A stretch of DNA of 55,159 nucleotides, the filler included, from Bipalium vagum (lineage: Eukaryota): NCBI GenBank assembly GCA_037834085.1. It is 3 parts of 3 records of this genome, joined end to end, with 100 filler letters (N's around TTAATTAATTAA, not from the genome) between each part and the next. Parts side by side here need not be neighbours in the genome. Positions count along the whole stretch, not along the records: positions 33,623 to 55,159 come from JBBMKC010233722.1; 2 more parts are not named here. One strand, given 5' to 3'. The translations under genes were made by a program, and so were the position numbers. The notes under the pieces are model-generated. The model worked only from the letters and a program-made list of their open reading frames with translations, was not told where the DNA came from and did not search any database. Each line of letters starts with the position of its first letter. Position 1 is the first letter of the stretch. Positions 52,901 to 55,159 of this stretch are shown here, piece after piece.

Positions 52901-53310
52901 TACTTTCTTTTTAACTCAATATTTATTTTATATCGAAAAATTATATTAAAATTGGGCAGAAATATTAATGAATCAAATAACTTAACATTGAAATATCCTT
53001 TAAAAAATTTCACTTTAACAGAGCTTTTTCCTTGCGGGTCAAGATTATTATTGAATTCCGAAAATTTTTACACTTAATTTAAAATTAAAATAGATGAGAA
53101 ATTATTATTAAAAAATTAAAGACAGCTTTTACTATTATTTGTAACTTTCATTTTACTGGTTTACTCAAAGATTGAACTTTAATTAAGTTATGAAAAATAA
53201 AATCACTTATTTAGCATTTTAAAAATGCTTCGTCACTTATTAAAAATAAACATTCCCATATCATATAATAAAATTTTCTAAATTTCATGGACGACACAAG
53301 TCTAAATACG

Positions 53311-53575
53311 TTAAACATTTTGAGACTGTTCATGTTTCTTTTTAAAATTAGAATAATCGCGTTTTCGATCGAAATGAGCAACCTGAAATATGTCAGTTGC
53401 AAATGTAAATACGCCAGTGCAAATATACCCATTGTGAGGAGCAACTGGATTCAAACTTTTTACGTTCTAGTTGACATTTTTTTAAATCTTCATTATTGTT
53501 ATCAAGACAATTCCAAAAACTATCTCTACTTAACCAGCATTTCATACGATCTTCTTTACTCGGAGGATTCGCCAT
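53311..53575 (-). CDS. COA6: Cytochrome c oxidase assembly factor 6, 72 aa. Exons 53575-53429 and 53382-53311
   Basis: MANPPSKEDRMKCWLSRDSFWNCLDNNNEDLKKCQLERKKFESSCSSQW|VAHFDRKRDYSNFKKKHEQSQNV*. CX9C-Xn-CX10C motif plus the RxxCWxxRDxxWxCLD and CxxQWxxxFDxxR hallmarks of COA6; 46-nt GT-AG intron. Confidence 0.9.
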
Positions 53576-54741
53576 CGCTGCTTTTTAATAATTGATTAAA
53601 CTATATATCATAAGACTCAATAATTTAAATCGGTGCTTATTTAAAACAATTTGGTTTATCATCGTGATATACAATTTATTATGTAATTTTTTATGCATAT
53701 TCGTATAAAAATTCATAAAGTTTGAAAACCATTTTAATTATTTAATACTTATATTTTTGTGTAAATCATTTTAAATTGATATTACTGGAATATTAAAATT
53801 AATTCATTTATATATTGTCTAGAATTTGTTTAACAAAGTATTAATTTTAGTGATAATTATTATTTTAGAAAAAATGGAAAGAAATTTTTAAAAATTTAAA
53901 AATTCTAAATGAAAATATATCATCAAACTGAAAATGAATACTATTAGTGAAAGATGAGTAAAACTATTTTTTACTTAACCTACACACTCGAAAAATAGAC
54001 ATTTGTTAATTATTAAAATATAAATGTATAAATCTACTACAATATTTAATAATATTGTAAGTAATGATGAAATGTATTTCATGACCTAGACTGTCAGATA
54101 GAGCCAGTAATTCCTGGCTGAAGGTGAAGTTGCAAAATCTTAGGGTTCACAACTGGTAATATCTTGGAATTGAGTTATTCATGAGATTTTAGACATAACT
54201 CAAATTATAATTATTTTATTCTACAATCAAACTTAGCACAACTTTCATAAATTAAGTTATTATTAACAAAAAACTAAAATTTTATTTAATAAAAATTCTT
54301 TTTATTGAATTTAAAGTGTTTTTATTTATCGATATTTTAAATTTTTAATCAACAATTCAAAACTTACTTTTTAAATTAACTGTAACCATTTTAATAACTT
54401 CTCATTTAGATATATAAAAGTATTTGAAAAATCACTTTTTTAATTTATAGAGACACGAACCTGATAACTCCTAGATGGTTTTACGCAAAGGTGGACTTTA
54501 GTGGAGCTCTAATTCAGATATAATTGTTGGTGTAGTATGTTCTTAGCTAAGTTCTCTTCGTATACACCCACTTGTAGTCAAAAGCCACATATGAATATTT
54601 TACCAGAAGATTTTATAAATTTACATGTAAAACACCTTTCACTATACAATATCCGCTCCCTCAATAATCAATTCGAAATATTTAAAATAAAACTTTATTT
54701 GTATTAACAATTACAAATATTAAATCGATCACACAAAAAAA

Positions 54742-55159
54742 TGTTATATTGAATAAACTGAAATCTCGCTACCGTGAATGCGAATTTAATAATAATGATA
54801 ATAATTTAATAATAAAATTAAAACAATGAAAACAAATACATGAAAATGAACAAAACCAGTCTCACCAAGAGCGACAAGGGATCCCCGGGTCACCCTCTAG
54901 GCCCTTCTCAGGTCGCCTAGGGGTTCCCGAGCTCGCTGGGTCCCCTTGCAAAAATCCGAATAACTGCGAATAAATCCAGCTGCATAATCAATAATTATTT
55001 TGGAATTGACGTACTGAATCTGGCTACTTCTCGATATTTCTGAATACTTCTGGTTACTTCTGGATACTTCTGGATACTCCTTGTCACTTTTAGATACTTT
55101 CTGGTTATCAACGGGAATAGCCGTCTCCTTTTATAGGCGTAGAGATTGATCTACGATCA
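54742..55159 (-). mobile_element. Probable LTR (solo or 3' LTR) of an LTR retrotransposon, running off the right edge
   Basis: Minus strand has TATAAAAG (55135-55128), downstream ATTAAA signals and the terminus ...AATATAACA at 54742 (TG...CA type end). No PBS follows. Sharp GC rise relative to the flank. Confidence 0.55.

Overview
Very AT-rich eukaryotic (invertebrate animal) genomic window with short GT-AG introns, mostly about 40-60 nt, and three 100-bp assembly gaps, two of which carry an artificial TTAATTAATTAA linker. Hand splicing recovers five host genes that the ORF track largely misses: (1) five exons of an IP3-receptor-like Ca2+ channel N-terminus/MIR region (minus strand, runs off the left edge); (2) a complete 7-exon CTR/SLC31 copper transporter; (3) a ~13-exon divergent Ig-superfamily type I membrane protein with an L1CAM/neuroglian-like tail; (4) an 11-exon PPIL2 U-box cyclophilin; (5) a 2-exon COA6. 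The rest is a dense graveyard of decayed mobile elements: many mariner, Tc1 and pogo/Tigger copies, two Merlin (IS1016/ISXO2-like) copies, a Chapaev3-like CMC transposase, Penelope GIY-YIG fragments (one with a hammerhead-ribozyme core), an RLE-type non-LTR RT fragment, a probable Polinton/adintovirus remnant, and a probable LTR at the right edge with a long GC-rich GNRA hairpin and a 10-bp-phased repeat array. All family assignments come from motif recognition by eye, not from database searches. I found no single clearly novel multi-gene system; the best leads are the structured RNAs, the Polinton-like remnant, the divergent IgSF gene and an orphan repeat-bearing reading frame.
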